Shown here in pieces: positions 30,638 to 39,944 of a stretch of 48,025 nucleotides of DNA; position 1 is the first letter of the stretch; the number at the start of each line of letters is the position of its first letter. The notes beneath the pieces were generated by a model that was not told where the DNA came from, made no database searches, and worked only from the letters and a program-made list of their open reading frames with translations. Source of the stretch: a virus; the UHGV virus genome UHGV-0268865. One strand, 5' to 3'. Both the position numbers and the translations under genes were made by a program.

Positions 30638-31282
30638 TTAAGCCAGTTTCAGCATGCACGTCCCGCACGCCCTGGCAACATCGATATGAGCAACCTCCGC
30701 CGGCCTGTTCGCCGCATCCACCATTTCCTGCACGTCTTTGCTGGCACCGTAACGCCGGACCACTCCAACGAACTCCTCGACGTCATGGCCGCGAAGTTTG
30801 AGTACCGGCATACCGGTCTCTTTGTTGAACTTCGGCGCGCCATAGTCATCGGTAGCCTGGGCGATGTGGTAAAGCTCATGCTCAACCAGTGCGCAGAACT
30901 CCAGATCGTTGCATTGCTCGCAGTAGTCGGCAGCCAGGGTGATGATGAACTTCGGTATGCGACCGAACCATTCATGCATCTGCTGCTCCATGCGGGACTT
31001 CTGCCAGCCTCCGGCGCGCATCATTACCTGTTCACACTGACCAAGCACAATGCGCCCGCTTTTGGCGAATGAGCCAGAGGCCCACATAAACGCGACATCA
31101 GCGTCGAGCAAGTGCGCATGGTCAGGGTTATGGATTCGCCCATCTTCGGAGAGGATGTTCTGATTTACCCACTCTCCGATTTCAGTGGCCGGGATAATCC
31201 GCGTATACGGTAGCCAGTTTTCGCCAGTGAAGTTGACAGGGGGGAATGGTCGGCGGTCTTCATTTTGAGCCATACAGAACAT
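30638..31282 (-). CDS. SprT-like putative zinc metallopeptidase (HExxH)
   Basis: HELYH motif plus flanking Cys pairs (CEQC, CGTC). Confidence 0.5.
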   Translation of the reverse strand: MFCMAQNEDRRPFPPVNFTGENWLPYTRIIPATEIGEWVNQNILSEDGRIHNPDHAHLLDADVAFMWASGSFAKSGRIVLGQCEQVMMRAGGWQKSRMEQQMHEWFGRIPKFIITLAADYCEQCNDLEFCALVEHELYHIAQATDDYGAPKFNKETGMPVLKLRGHDVEEFVGVVRRYGASKDVQEMVDAANRPAEVAHIDVARACGTCMLKLA

Positions 31283-31702
31283 TCCTCTGGGTTTCTCGAA
31301 TACTTACCGGGTAATTTTTTAACCGGCAATTCATTAAACTTATATAAAACTCTGCCAATGGCACTTTTCAGATAACATTTGCAGAATATTATAAACGCGA
31401 CATTGCCACTTCTTCTCAGAGTTGCGCCGCCACTTCTCGTCTTTGCGAGCCGTCAAGATGTGGATCACCTCTTTGGTAGACACCAGATCTATGCTTCTTG
31501 TCGGGTAAGCATTATCGAAGCCCCTCAATGAAGGACTTCTGTAATGCGGGCTCTTATCTCAGCGCAGCCCCTTGCTGCGTGCCGGATACTCGGTTACGAG
31601 CGCCAGCTGTGAGATGAATGGGCTGGCTTCTGGCCAGCCCGGCCTCTCCGGTAGTCGACAGAGCCAAATCGACAGGAGAATGAAGAGAATCAGCATGGCG
31701 CG

Positions 31703-31903
31703 TTACTTCTTAACGCTGTCCGGCATTACCGCACCAACAACGCCAGCCAACGCTACGCCGCCAGCGATGACGGTTTCCTGAATGCCCGGAGGCAACTGAT
31801 AACCAAATACGCCAGCAACAACAAGAATGATGCCGCGCCAGGTGGACGGCTCTTTCAGTCGATTAATGAGATAGTTCATAGCTCCACTCTTTCCTTTACC
31901 CAA
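31703..31903 (-). CDS. Small two-TM membrane protein (lysis accessory or antiholin candidate)
   Basis: 66 aa with two hydrophobic helices; overlaps the 3' end of the endolysin gene. Confidence 0.4.
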   Translation of the reverse strand: MGKGKSGAMNYLINRLKEPSTWRGIILVVAGVFGYQLPPGIQETVIAGGVALAGVVGAVMPDSVKK

Positions 31904-32418
31904 CCATAGAGAAAATCTTCATTTGCCGCCCGAGCTTCAGCAAGCTCAAGATAGCGAGCGCCCTGGCTACAATTCAGCCCCTTCAGCAGTGTGGTTTCAC
32001 CATCTTTGCCACGAACAGCGAGATAACTTTTCAGGGCGGCGATGGTGATATTGCCGATCGCGCCGTCCGGCTTCAGGTCCGGATATAGCTTGCCCTGCAT
32101 ATTCAGCGCCGATAACCAGCGCTGCAGGAATGTACTGGCGACACGTGGCCCCATGTTCACGCCGGTATCACACAACTCCTGTGCAATGGCTGGCGACAGC
32201 TCGGCGATGCGGTCGAACTTCGGTTCAGTCCAGTATTGCGACAGGTAAATGGCTTTGGCGGTTTCCCGTGGTAACGCCTTCATATCACCTGCGTAACCAT
32301 ATGCGCGGGCGGTAGTCTGCGTGATGCCCCAACGCGTAGGGCCGCCTTTATCATTCGGGTTATTTACGTAACCCCCTTCTTTACCGAGGATGCCCTCGAT
32401 AATCTGATCTGCTGTCAT
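31876..32418 (-). CDS. Endolysin, GH108-type lysozyme with a peptidoglycan-binding domain
   Basis: EGGYVNNPNDKGGPTRWGIT N-terminal motif of the GH108 family. Confidence 0.8.
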   Translation of the reverse strand: MTADQIIEGILGKEGGYVNNPNDKGGPTRWGITQTTARAYGYAGDMKALPRETAKAIYLSQYWTEPKFDRIAELSPAIAQELCDTGVNMGPRVASTFLQRWLSALNMQGKLYPDLKPDGAIGNITIAALKSYLAVRGKDGETTLLKGLNCSQGARYLELAEARAANEDFLYGWVKERVEL

Positions 32419-32726
32419 GGCGCCTTAACTCCGGTAATGCGCTCCCAGAAATAGGTCAAAGCAACAGAACCCATTGCCCCGCTAATCCCGGAAGTGGCCA
32501 GTATCATGTAAATGCTCAGTCCGCTTTCAATGCTCACCAGGCCAGCAATAACGCCGGTAAACCCTGAAACCACCATTTGGGCAAGAGCATTGATCAAGCT
32601 CCATGTTGCCTTGCTCTGCTTCACATCTATCAGGTAGCGGACAAGTCCACCCCAGCAAGCAATGATCAGCAGAACCAGCCAGGACATCCCGGCAATGCTC
32701 TCTTTGTCTTGCATACGTTTAGCCAT
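32415..32726 (-). CDS. Holin (three predicted TM segments)
   Basis: 103 aa with three hydrophobic helices, immediately upstream of the endolysin and ATGA-coupled to it. Confidence 0.65.
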   Translation of the reverse strand: MAKRMQDKESIAGMSWLVLLIIACWGGLVRYLIDVKQSKATWSLINALAQMVVSGFTGVIAGLVSIESGLSIYMILATSGISGAMGSVALTYFWERITGVKAP

Positions 32727-32842
32727 AGTTACCGCCTCCGATGAAAGATCGGGAAGCTGTGTGTTTTAAAAGGGGTCAGGCCCGTCAGGATGGATTTAAC
32801 AACGAAGCATGTCGATGATGATTCCTGCGGGACCTGATAATA

Positions 32843-32872
32843 AAAAAGCCCGCAAAAAGGCGGGCAATAAGC
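32843..32872 (-). terminator. Hairpin plus T-run between the tRNA and the holin
   Basis: GCCCGC-CTTTTT-GCGGGC then TTTTTT on the minus strand. Confidence 0.4.
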
Positions 32873-32999
32873 ATGAGGGTAATAGCAATGTCGGTGATGA
32901 CCGAAAATACCCTGGCTGGGTCTGGCGGCCTGCGACGCTGTTGCAGCAGCGCCCCTGATGGATTGGATTATGAGCCCGTCATCAGGTCAGGCCATTATG

Positions 33000-33075
33000 T
33001 GGTGCTGATTGACGGAATCGAACCGCCGGCATCCTGCTTACAAGGCAGGCGCTCTACCTGCTGAGCTAAATCAGC
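33000..33075 (-). tRNA. tRNA-Thr (anticodon UGU), phage-encoded, in the late operon
   Basis: Manual cloverleaf: acceptor GCTGATT/AATCAGC, D-stem GCTC/GAGC with G18G19, anticodon stem CCTGC/GCAGG, loop CTTGTAA, T-arm GGCGG-TTCGATT-CCGTC, A73, encoded CCA; 76 nt. Confidence 0.7.
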
Positions 33076-33158
33076 AATCTGGTTCAGAGCTCTCGCGTAT
33101 GAGCTTCAGCGTGTAGTGCGGCACGCATTCACTCAAGAGCCCTGACCGGATTGCGGAC

Positions 33159-33186
33159 ATAAAAAAGCCCCGGCGGATGCCGAGGC
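33159..33186 (-). terminator. tR'-like intrinsic terminator downstream of PR'
   Basis: GCCTCGGC-ATCC-GCCGGGGC hairpin followed by TTTTTTAT on the minus strand, about 90 nt after the predicted start. Confidence 0.6.
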
Positions 33187-33263
33187 TAACTTTGCAAACT
33201 GGTGTGCGACTATCATCTTCATGCCGCCACTTAAAGTTAAGGCAGCATATCAAAGGTGACTCA

Positions 33264-33292
33264 AATATGACTCATTTAATCCAGTTTTGCAA
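33264..33292 (-). promoter_or_regulatory. PR'-like late promoter overlapping the end of Q
   Basis: Minus strand: -35 TTGCAA, 17-bp spacer, -10 CATATT. Confidence 0.4.
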
Positions 33293-33968
33293 GACTTGAG
33301 TCTAAATTTGTCGCCTTTTGTTGTGAACGTGATCGCGTAACCTGCAAAAGAGAATCGCTATCAAGGCTCAGCAAGGTCCTTTTCATCTCCTCCCACCGCT
33401 CCGTAAACGTTTCTGACCAGTTCTTCGGGGTCACGCCGACCACAGAAGCAAGCTTTTGGTATTCATAAGTCTCCCGGCCTGCCAGCTCGGCTTTCACATC
33501 CTGCGCCGCCAGCCAGATAAGCTGACGCAGGCGATCGACTGTTTTCTTTGCAATGCGCACACCGGCCAGCTTTTCTTTGAATTGCTCCCATGCCCACCGG
33601 GTGATCGTCTCCTGGTTCTCCCAGCGGATATTGTCGCTGTAGTTCCAGAGCAGCCACGCTTTCTGATGCTCTTCCAGCGACAGCAGCGCGCGGCGCCAGC
33701 TGGCTGTCGAGTACTCAACGGGCATAACGAGGGCGATTGCGGAACCTTTCGCGCGGGACTGCTGTCCGGGGATTGGCGGGTTTGATGGGTTTACCATGCG
33801 CCCGGTGACCGGATCGGCTACTTTCTTCCTTCCCCGGCTGCGCGCCGTCGCCGCGAATTGAGCATTCTCAGCAAAGGCTACCAGTTGCCCTTTCGTCGCG
33901 CCGCTCAGATCGGCGGTGGCCACTATCAGCTGCTGGCGAACATACTGGAGGTATTGAGTGTTAATCAT
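33276..33968 (-). CDS. Q: Late antiterminator Q (phage 82-type)
   Basis: 230 aa, located between the nin region and PR'/tR'/lysis; resembles the Antiterm_Q family. Confidence 0.75.
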   Translation of the reverse strand: MINTQYLQYVRQQLIVATADLSGATKGQLVAFAENAQFAATARSRGRKKVADPVTGRMVNPSNPPIPGQQSRAKGSAIALVMPVEYSTASWRRALLSLEEHQKAWLLWNYSDNIRWENQETITRWAWEQFKEKLAGVRIAKKTVDRLRQLIWLAAQDVKAELAGRETYEYQKLASVVGVTPKNWSETFTERWEEMKRTLLSLDSDSLLQVTRSRSQQKATNLDSSLAKLD

Positions 33969-34105
33969 GCTTTCTCTCCCAGGGTCTGATAGATGCGAAC
34001 GAAATTCTTGAGGATGCGGTAGTCAACCAGTACGGTGCCGCTGCTGCGTAAAAGGCGAAGCTTTATCCAGCGGTCGCGGATGCGTTCGATAACGTCACGG
34101 CTCAT
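33965..34105 (-). CDS. Small ORF (46 aa) coupled between two genes
   Basis: ATGA overlap at both ends (34102-34105 and 33965-33968); absent from the ORF track only because of its size. Confidence 0.35.
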   Translation of the reverse strand: MSRDVIERIRDRWIKLRLLRSSGTVLVDYRILKNFVRIYQTLGEKA

Positions 34106-34320
34106 TTGGATGCCCTCGCCATGGCCTTATACGCCCTGAGCACATATGCGCTTTTCCCGTACAGGGTGATCTGGAAGGTGATGCCGCGAGACTCCCAGGT
34201 ATTGACCGGGGACTCGTCCAGACCCGCATCCGCAATACGCCTGGCCTTAGCCAGCTGCCAAAATGGACCGGTCAGCCAGATGCGGGCGTAAGCCCCTTCG
34301 TCGCTATAGGTGATCTTCAT
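34102..34320 (-). CDS. Hypothetical nin-region protein
   Basis: 72 aa, coupled. Confidence 0.4.
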   Translation of the reverse strand: MKITYSDEGAYARIWLTGPFWQLAKARRIADAGLDESPVNTWESRGITFQITLYGKSAYVLRAYKAMARASK

Positions 34321-34964
34321 GCGGCCTCCTGATGGCGTGCTCGGCGCTTCTCCAGCGCGCGAGCTCTGCGGGTGAATATGGATTTGATGCGCTGCAGGTA
34401 GGGAATATCGAACCGGCGCGGCTCGTTATCAGCCTCAAGGCGCTCTACGCGGTCCAGGCCAATACGTTCAATCAGGTGAATGCGGTACTCAACCGCGTTC
34501 CCGCTCAACTGCCGGTTGCAGCGGGTACAGGCGGAGTGGACATTGAATACGTTGAACTTCAGGTGCGACGCCGCGCCGCGGGAACGGTAATGGCTGGCAT
34601 CAATGGCGCTGCCGGTCAGGTAGTTGCTCTTCCCGACGAGTGGATTGCCGCAACTGGCGCAGGGCTTACCTTCATCACGAATGCGAATGTACCGGTTAAA
34701 GGCTGACTGAGCCTCTTTATCCCATTGGGCCTTTGTCTTGAATGACTCACGCTTAGCGCGGCGACGCTGGCTCCCCTCTTTCTCGGATTCGCGCAGGCGC
34801 TTCACCGCCCTGGCTTTCGCCGCTTCCCGGGCTTTTGCTGTCTGTTTTTTGCCGATCGCGCTGGCGCATTCAAAACTGCATACCACCTGCCCTTCCCGGG
34901 CAGGATGGAACCATTCGCGGCAGTGGGCGCATTTACGACGTGCTGGTTTACGCATGCTCACCAC
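34317..34964 (-). CDS. ninG: NinG (Rap) recombination protein
   Basis: Cys clusters ([23 protein letters not shown]) and a basic C-terminus typical of NinG. Confidence 0.8.
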   Translation of the reverse strand: MVSMRKPARRKCAHCREWFHPAREGQVVCSFECASAIGKKQTAKAREAAKARAVKRLRESEKEGSQRRRAKRESFKTKAQWDKEAQSAFNRYIRIRDEGKPCASCGNPLVGKSNYLTGSAIDASHYRSRGAASHLKFNVFNVHSACTRCNRQLSGNAVEYRIHLIERIGLDRVERLEADNEPRRFDIPYLQRIKSIFTRRARALEKRRARHQEAA

Positions 34965-35616
34965 CCTGGATCTGCACCAAGGTCAGGCGGCCGCAGAATA
35001 CAGCCCCGGTGTCGATATACATCTGATTGGCGTACTGGCTTGGTTGATGTGTCGGGGTATGACCAAAAATAAACAGGTCTGCACCGGATATTTCATTCAC
35101 AATCCCATCCTGAGCCGCGCTCACTCGCTCACGATTCCAGATCACCTGTTCTGCATCGACGGGCTTGTCATACGCATATTGGTTATGCGGGTAGTCCGCA
35201 TGGCATATCACCACCTTCTTACCCTCGGTCATTACCTCGATGATGAGTGGCAAACCAGCAACCAAATGGGCCAACGCGATAGCCAGGCGTTCTTTGTCGT
35301 AGTCAAGGTTAAAGAACCATCCGCCACCGTTAGCGAGCCAGTGATTCACGTTCCCGGAGGAGGATAGTCCGTCGAGCATCATCTGCTCATGGTTTCCGCG
35401 AACGGCCATAAACCAGGGCATTGTGATTAGCTCAAGGCATTCGACGTTTTCCGCCCCGCGATCGATAAGGTCACCTACCGAGATCAGCAGGTCACACAAC
35501 GGGTCAAAACGGACCCTTTCCAGCTCGTTCATCAGCAGCGTATGGCACCCATGAAGATCGCCAACAACCCAGATGTTGCGCCAGATAGCTCCATTAATGC
35601 TTTGGTAAAGGCTCAT
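34948..35616 (-). CDS. Ser/Thr protein phosphatase (lambda NinI / PP-lambda family)
   Basis: GDLHGC, GDLIDRG and GNHE metallophosphatase motifs. Confidence 0.85.
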   Translation of the reverse strand: MSLYQSINGAIWRNIWVVGDLHGCHTLLMNELERVRFDPLCDLLISVGDLIDRGAENVECLELITMPWFMAVRGNHEQMMLDGLSSSGNVNHWLANGGGWFFNLDYDKERLAIALAHLVAGLPLIIEVMTEGKKVVICHADYPHNQYAYDKPVDAEQVIWNRERVSAAQDGIVNEISGADLFIFGHTPTHQPSQYANQMYIDTGAVFCGRLTLVQIQGGEHA

Positions 35617-35785
35617 GCGATTTTCCTTCTGGCAGCGCGGCGCAGCCAGCGGACATCTGCCAGGTGAGCCGTATAGTGAAAGGTGGGGATGTCGGAAGGC
35701 TTAACCTCTACCTTGCGTTTGCGGCGCGCCGGCACGCGGAATATGCCGCGATCCATTACTTTGGCGAGAAGACATTGCATACCCA

Positions 35786-36382
35786 TCACCCCGCAAAGCT
35801 CAGCAGTTGACTGGCAGCGTTTTCAGCCTCAGCCGGCGAGTGGAATTTGCGACGCAGAATGTAGTTCCAGAGCACATTCAGCACTGATTTGTAGACGCCG
35901 TTAAACTGGCTGTCGTCCATGCTGGCGAAGGAGATCGACTTTGCGACACGACGACGGCTACCGTCAGGCATCTGGTATTCGTCGTAAAAGCCAGCCTGAA
36001 TGGTTGCCCACTCGCGGAAGGATTCGAAGTGTTTCAGAAGGGCCATATCGCGGGAACGAGAAATACCGACCGAGGATAGATACATCTCGGAGGCGTTCTG
36101 GAGCGCAGCGCGCTGTTCGAGGTCGGATGAAAGGAAGTCGATAAATCCGGATATGAGGGTTCGCTCCGCGGGCTCAATGAGTCCACCGGAAGGCGTCCAG
36201 TAGTGATACCCGAGAGTAAGAAGCTTGAAGAACTTTTTGTGGAATGCGTAATTCCGGGGCTTGCGGAACTCACCGCAAAGCAGTTGCCCTACGGGGAGAA
36301 GTTGCAGGTATTCGCTGGTTCCCGGCTCTGCGGGAATCAGTACGTTTTGATAACTCTTCTCAAATTGCAGTGTTTGCGCCAT
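35786..36382 (-). CDS. Hypothetical nin-region protein
   Basis: 198 aa; position. Confidence 0.45.
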   Translation of the reverse strand: MAQTLQFEKSYQNVLIPAEPGTSEYLQLLPVGQLLCGEFRKPRNYAFHKKFFKLLTLGYHYWTPSGGLIEPAERTLISGFIDFLSSDLEQRAALQNASEMYLSSVGISRSRDMALLKHFESFREWATIQAGFYDEYQMPDGSRRRVAKSISFASMDDSQFNGVYKSVLNVLWNYILRRKFHSPAEAENAASQLLSFAG

Positions 36383-36540
36383 GTGTCCCCACTTGGCGCC
36401 GGGGTAAAGTCGTCAGTTGCCCAGACTGACCAGGTAATTATCGCCCTTCCCGGGGATAAAAGCAAAATGAGCATATACGATAAAAACCCCTCCGGAGAGG
36501 GGTTTGAGATTAGCATGTGGCTTTACGTTCTACGGGGGAT

Positions 36541-37218
36541 TTAGGCATCACTAACCTCCTGCGGGGCGGCTGCAATCATCGCTCGATAAGCTGTTGGGCT
36601 ATATACGGACGCTTCACGATAGGAAGCCTGTAGCATTTCCTCCGTAGGCTCCTTCGGCACCATAACGTAACCATCCGGAATTGCCGGAGAGTTGCCAGGA
36701 GCAGCCGTCGGCGGAACATATCCGCTATGTGCATCAGAATCGTATTCCAGAATGTCTGGCTCATATTCCAGATCACCTATCAGGTAGCGCATGCGGTCAG
36801 CTTCGTATCGAACACGGTCAGGATACTCTGATCGATCGATAGTGATGCCGGTAGAAAGGCATTCCCCCTTGCGGTGAAGGATTGCAGTCCAGTTCGTTTT
36901 GCCGTTCGTTTCTGGCATATCTCCATACCAGACGGTTAGCGCGGGAGAGTTGCCAGCCTTGAGCATGGCGGCGCGGCAGGATTCATACTTTGCTATCACA
37001 GCCAAAACGCCATGATTCCATGCATGCTCATCAATTGAGTCGCACGTTTTACATTCTTCAATTGCCGCTTCGAATATCGACACATCATCCGGCACTACCG
37101 GAGAGTTGCCAGCCTCATAAGCTACGCGCATCCAGTGATAAAAAGCCTCAGTGGTAACACAGCCGCACTCAACCTCAATGACGTCATCCTGTTGTGCTAA
37201 CCATTCTTCGAATTTCAT
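36541..37218 (-). CDS. Hypothetical protein with three GNSP(A/V)xxP repeats (Ea22-like region)
   Basis: Internal repeats at both protein and DNA level (CCGGAGAGTTGCCAG x3). Confidence 0.45.
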   Translation of the reverse strand: MKFEEWLAQQDDVIEVECGCVTTEAFYHWMRVAYEAGNSPVVPDDVSIFEAAIEECKTCDSIDEHAWNHGVLAVIAKYESCRAAMLKAGNSPALTVWYGDMPETNGKTNWTAILHRKGECLSTGITIDRSEYPDRVRYEADRMRYLIGDLEYEPDILEYDSDAHSGYVPPTAAPGNSPAIPDGYVMVPKEPTEEMLQASYREASVYSPTAYRAMIAAAPQEVSDA

Positions 37219-38030
37219 GACTTACCTCCGCTGAGCATGGCTGAGCGCTGCGCTACTATCTCAAGCAACCTCTCTTCAGCCTCCCAAAGACAACTACCTA
37301 CACCACGGCAATCTCCATCAAGGCCATTCAGGTCTACGCGTATTTGGGCAACCTCCTGCAATGCGTTCAGCACATCATCCGGCACTACCGGCGCTGGCTG
37401 CTGAGATACCGCTGCATGGCAGTCCTCGCACAGACCATCGACTGAATATCCGTAGATAGGCTTATTGCAGTTTCTGTCTTTGCAGCGGCGTCGTTCATGT
37501 TTCTGAAGAGCATTGTCCAGCGTGAGGAAATCAACGCTTGGATGCGCCATGCGGGCATCTATCGCTGCGTCAAAATCATTCGTGTCGAGTTCAATAAGGT
37601 CATCCCAGCTCGCAAGTCCTGGCTCACCGTCATCGCCAAAAGCATCTCTTTCTCGCAAAAAACGGTAGCGTTGGGCATCTCGTTCAATGTTTGCCGTGAG
37701 CGCCACCGGCTCGCTGTCCGCTACCGGCTGCGCTGGCGGCATATCTGGACCTTTGCGAATAGCTTTTGCCAGCTCGATAGGGTCATCGTAAAGCCAGTCT
37801 CCGGTTTCATGGTGGTTGGCTTCTGCCAGTTGGGAGGCCCACTCCAGGCCGTCTTTGTGTCCCTGTAAGTAGTCGAGAGGCAAACACCAAGACTCGCTGT
37901 CCATTGCGGCCAGCGCCATGCGGGCCACTCGCTTGAGAATCTCTATGTCGGCAAACCCAAGACGATAGCCAACCTTTAAATCAAATACGGCCTGAATGCT
38001 TTCTTCTCTGGTTGTGGTTGATTTGGTCAT
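37215..38030 (-). CDS. Hypothetical protein sharing a PVVPDDV segment with the downstream gene
   Basis: 21-nt exact DNA repeat CACATCATCCGGCACTACCGG at 37370-37390 and 37081-37101. Confidence 0.45.
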   Translation of the reverse strand: MTKSTTTREESIQAVFDLKVGYRLGFADIEILKRVARMALAAMDSESWCLPLDYLQGHKDGLEWASQLAEANHHETGDWLYDDPIELAKAIRKGPDMPPAQPVADSEPVALTANIERDAQRYRFLRERDAFGDDGEPGLASWDDLIELDTNDFDAAIDARMAHPSVDFLTLDNALQKHERRRCKDRNCNKPIYGYSVDGLCEDCHAAVSQQPAPVVPDDVLNALQEVAQIRVDLNGLDGDCRGVGSCLWEAEERLLEIVAQRSAMLSGGKS

Positions 38031-38299
38031 GGCCTAATCTCCGTTCTGCCGCCGAGGATGCGGATTGCAATCCGTTCCCGGAGGCTGAGTTGCCTGCGTT
38101 TTCCTCTGGCGTTTATGATTTCTGGCCTGCCTGCGGGAGGATAGTGAACCCGAACCGACTGCCCATCTAATGCATGGGACGCCTCAAGGAGCGCGGATTT
38201 TAAATATGCAGGACATTCATGCTGCACTCGTTCACCGTCTGAAATAACGCCAGCTATACCCTGCAGAGTTGACGCCAGATTACTCAAATAATTTTTCAT
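38027..38299 (-). CDS. Hypothetical small protein
   Basis: Start reassigned to MKNYLSNL, which has an AGGTGGAGG RBS; the long upstream extension in the ORF track overlaps the previous gene. Confidence 0.4.
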   Translation of the reverse strand: MKNYLSNLASTLQGIAGVISDGERVQHECPAYLKSALLEASHALDGQSVRVHYPPAGRPEIINARGKRRQLSLRERIAIRILGGRTEIRP

Positions 38300-38303
38300 A
38301 TCA

Positions 38304-38756
38304 CTAAGCCTCCACCTTGATGCCAGCGGCGGCACGTTCAGCCTCGCTCTGTTCCCAAAACCACTTGTGAAGCGCCATAAGCTCTTCATCGAGCGGAGCA
38401 TATTTGCGGTCGAAATAGGCCTGTGCGTCTTTCTCCGCTTCATCAGGCAATTCGCCTGGCCCGAAGAGCGTGTTATAAATCCACGCCAGCCCGTTTTTAG
38501 CATCGCCAGTGGCCTGCCATTCGATGATTGCAGCCTGCATAACCAGGATATCTTTCCCGATTAGCAGATCGAGCTGCTGATAGCGCTTACGGATATATTC
38601 CTTTTGCGCTTCAAGTTCTGCGTTGCGCTGCTGCGCCTTCTCCAGCGCCTCTACCAGCGCGAAGGCTTCACCCTCTTTCAGCACTACGGTGTCAAAGTTT
38701 TCGAGCTGCTTTTTGATTTTGGTGATCAGCGCGAGTTCGTTGATATCAGTTGTCAT
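38304..38756 (-). CDS. Hypothetical coiled-coil protein
   Basis: Coupled ORF. Confidence 0.45.
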   Translation of the reverse strand: MTTDINELALITKIKKQLENFDTVVLKEGEAFALVEALEKAQQRNAELEAQKEYIRKRYQQLDLLIGKDILVMQAAIIEWQATGDAKNGLAWIYNTLFGPGELPDEAEKDAQAYFDRKYAPLDEELMALHKWFWEQSEAERAAAGIKVEA

Positions 38757-39157
38757 GCTGAGACTCCTTGTACAAGAGAATCGCGGATTTTCACGGTCTC
38801 CGCGTTGTATGCGTTGGCATAAGCCATACGGCGCTTATCCATCAGGACGACAAGCCGATATGCGCGAAATGCGTATTTGCGGTCGCCTTCACGGCCTTGC
38901 TCACGGAGGTGGTCACGCAGCATCGTGAAGAAATACGAATGGCCATCTCCGTCGATATCGTCAGGCCAATCAGTTTCGTTAAGCAGCCAGTCACGTGCTT
39001 CTGTGCATTTCTGGCATGTCTTGAAGTTGCTGGCATCGCCATCCTGGACAATAAACGCTTTCTCGTAGGTATCGCCTGGATTAATAGCGCCGTAACATTC
39101 ACAGCAGCGATGTAACTTGCGAGCCTTAACTTTTGATGAAGTATCGAAGTCGCTCAT
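38753..39157 (-). CDS. Cys-rich zinc-ribbon protein
   Basis: CCECYG...CQKC motifs. Confidence 0.45.
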   Translation of the reverse strand: MSDFDTSSKVKARKLHRCCECYGAINPGDTYEKAFIVQDGDASNFKTCQKCTEARDWLLNETDWPDDIDGDGHSYFFTMLRDHLREQGREGDRKYAFRAYRLVVLMDKRRMAYANAYNAETVKIRDSLVQGVSA

Positions 39158-39642
39158 TTGCCGTCCCCCTCGCGCAGTTGCTTGGCGAAGTCGTCAGCGT
39201 GTTCACCGGCAAGCCACCAGTTTTCACGGATATCTGAAGAAATGGCCTGCTTAGATTTCTCACGGCATTTTTCAACAAACATCTCCACCCCATCAGCCTT
39301 AATCCCGGCTACGATGCGATCGGTGGCGGGCGAGCTTTTCATCACATACACGCTGTCTTCGCCAGCCTCATGACCACAGATATACCCATGCAGCACAGGC
39401 TGGTAAGTTTCGCGACCAAACAGCCCGAGACGCTCACCTATCTCCTGAATATCTGAGCCATCCAGCGATGCGCCGTCTGCTGCTGCGCGGAAACAGATTT
39501 TGACGAATTCCTGCCTGACTACATTCTCCGCAGCCAGCTGCTTAAACGCTTTCGCCAGCTTCAGGAACTTCTGCTCTCTGATCGACAGCTCGCCCGCCGA
39601 CTCCAGCGACTGAATGAGCTCGTTTACTGTTTCAATGTTCAT
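39154..39642 (-). CDS. Hypothetical protein
   Basis: Start at MNIETV gives an ATGA overlap with the upstream gene stop. Confidence 0.4.
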   Translation of the reverse strand: MNIETVNELIQSLESAGELSIREQKFLKLAKAFKQLAAENVVRQEFVKICFRAAADGASLDGSDIQEIGERLGLFGRETYQPVLHGYICGHEAGEDSVYVMKSSPATDRIVAGIKADGVEMFVEKCREKSKQAISSDIRENWWLAGEHADDFAKQLREGDGK

Positions 39643-39944
39643 TTTCTTACTCCCGCCAGGCACTGGTTAAAAAGGTTGGTCAGCTTGTTGGCGCCGCAAT
39701 GATGATTGCTAAACTGAAAATCCGCCGACGTGCTTTCGGTTACGGCTGTCTGATCTGCCAGGGTGTAGCGATAGCCTTTGCGCTCCCCTGCTCGCAAAAC
39801 CCGGCCATCGTTAAACGTGGCCCAGATAGCTGAGTTGACGACAGAAGAGTCCAGGCCCGTTCCGTTGCGTATCTCTGAAAAAGTGCAACCAGGATTGCTA
39901 CCGATAAAATTGATGACGATTTGAGTACCGGATATACGTTTCAT
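39639..39944 (-). CDS. Hypothetical protein (ren position)
   Basis: Start at MKRISGTQ makes an ATGA overlap with the P stop. Confidence 0.4.
   Translation of the reverse strand: MKRISGTQIVINFIGSNPGCTFSEIRNGTGLDSSVVNSAIWATFNDGRVLRAGERKGYRYTLADQTAVTESTSADFQFSNHHCGANKLTNLFNQCLAGVRK

Noticed and set aside
31340-31781. 62-aa and 69-aa ORFs in the gap after the lysis genes
   Set aside because: No RBS; neither has the lipobox or TM expected of Rz/Rz1; treated as non-coding pending a search for shorter ORFs.
33071-33253. 60-aa minus-strand ORF downstream of Q
   Set aside because: Overlaps the tRNA 5' end and the tR' terminator; this region is better explained as PR' leader, terminator and tRNA.
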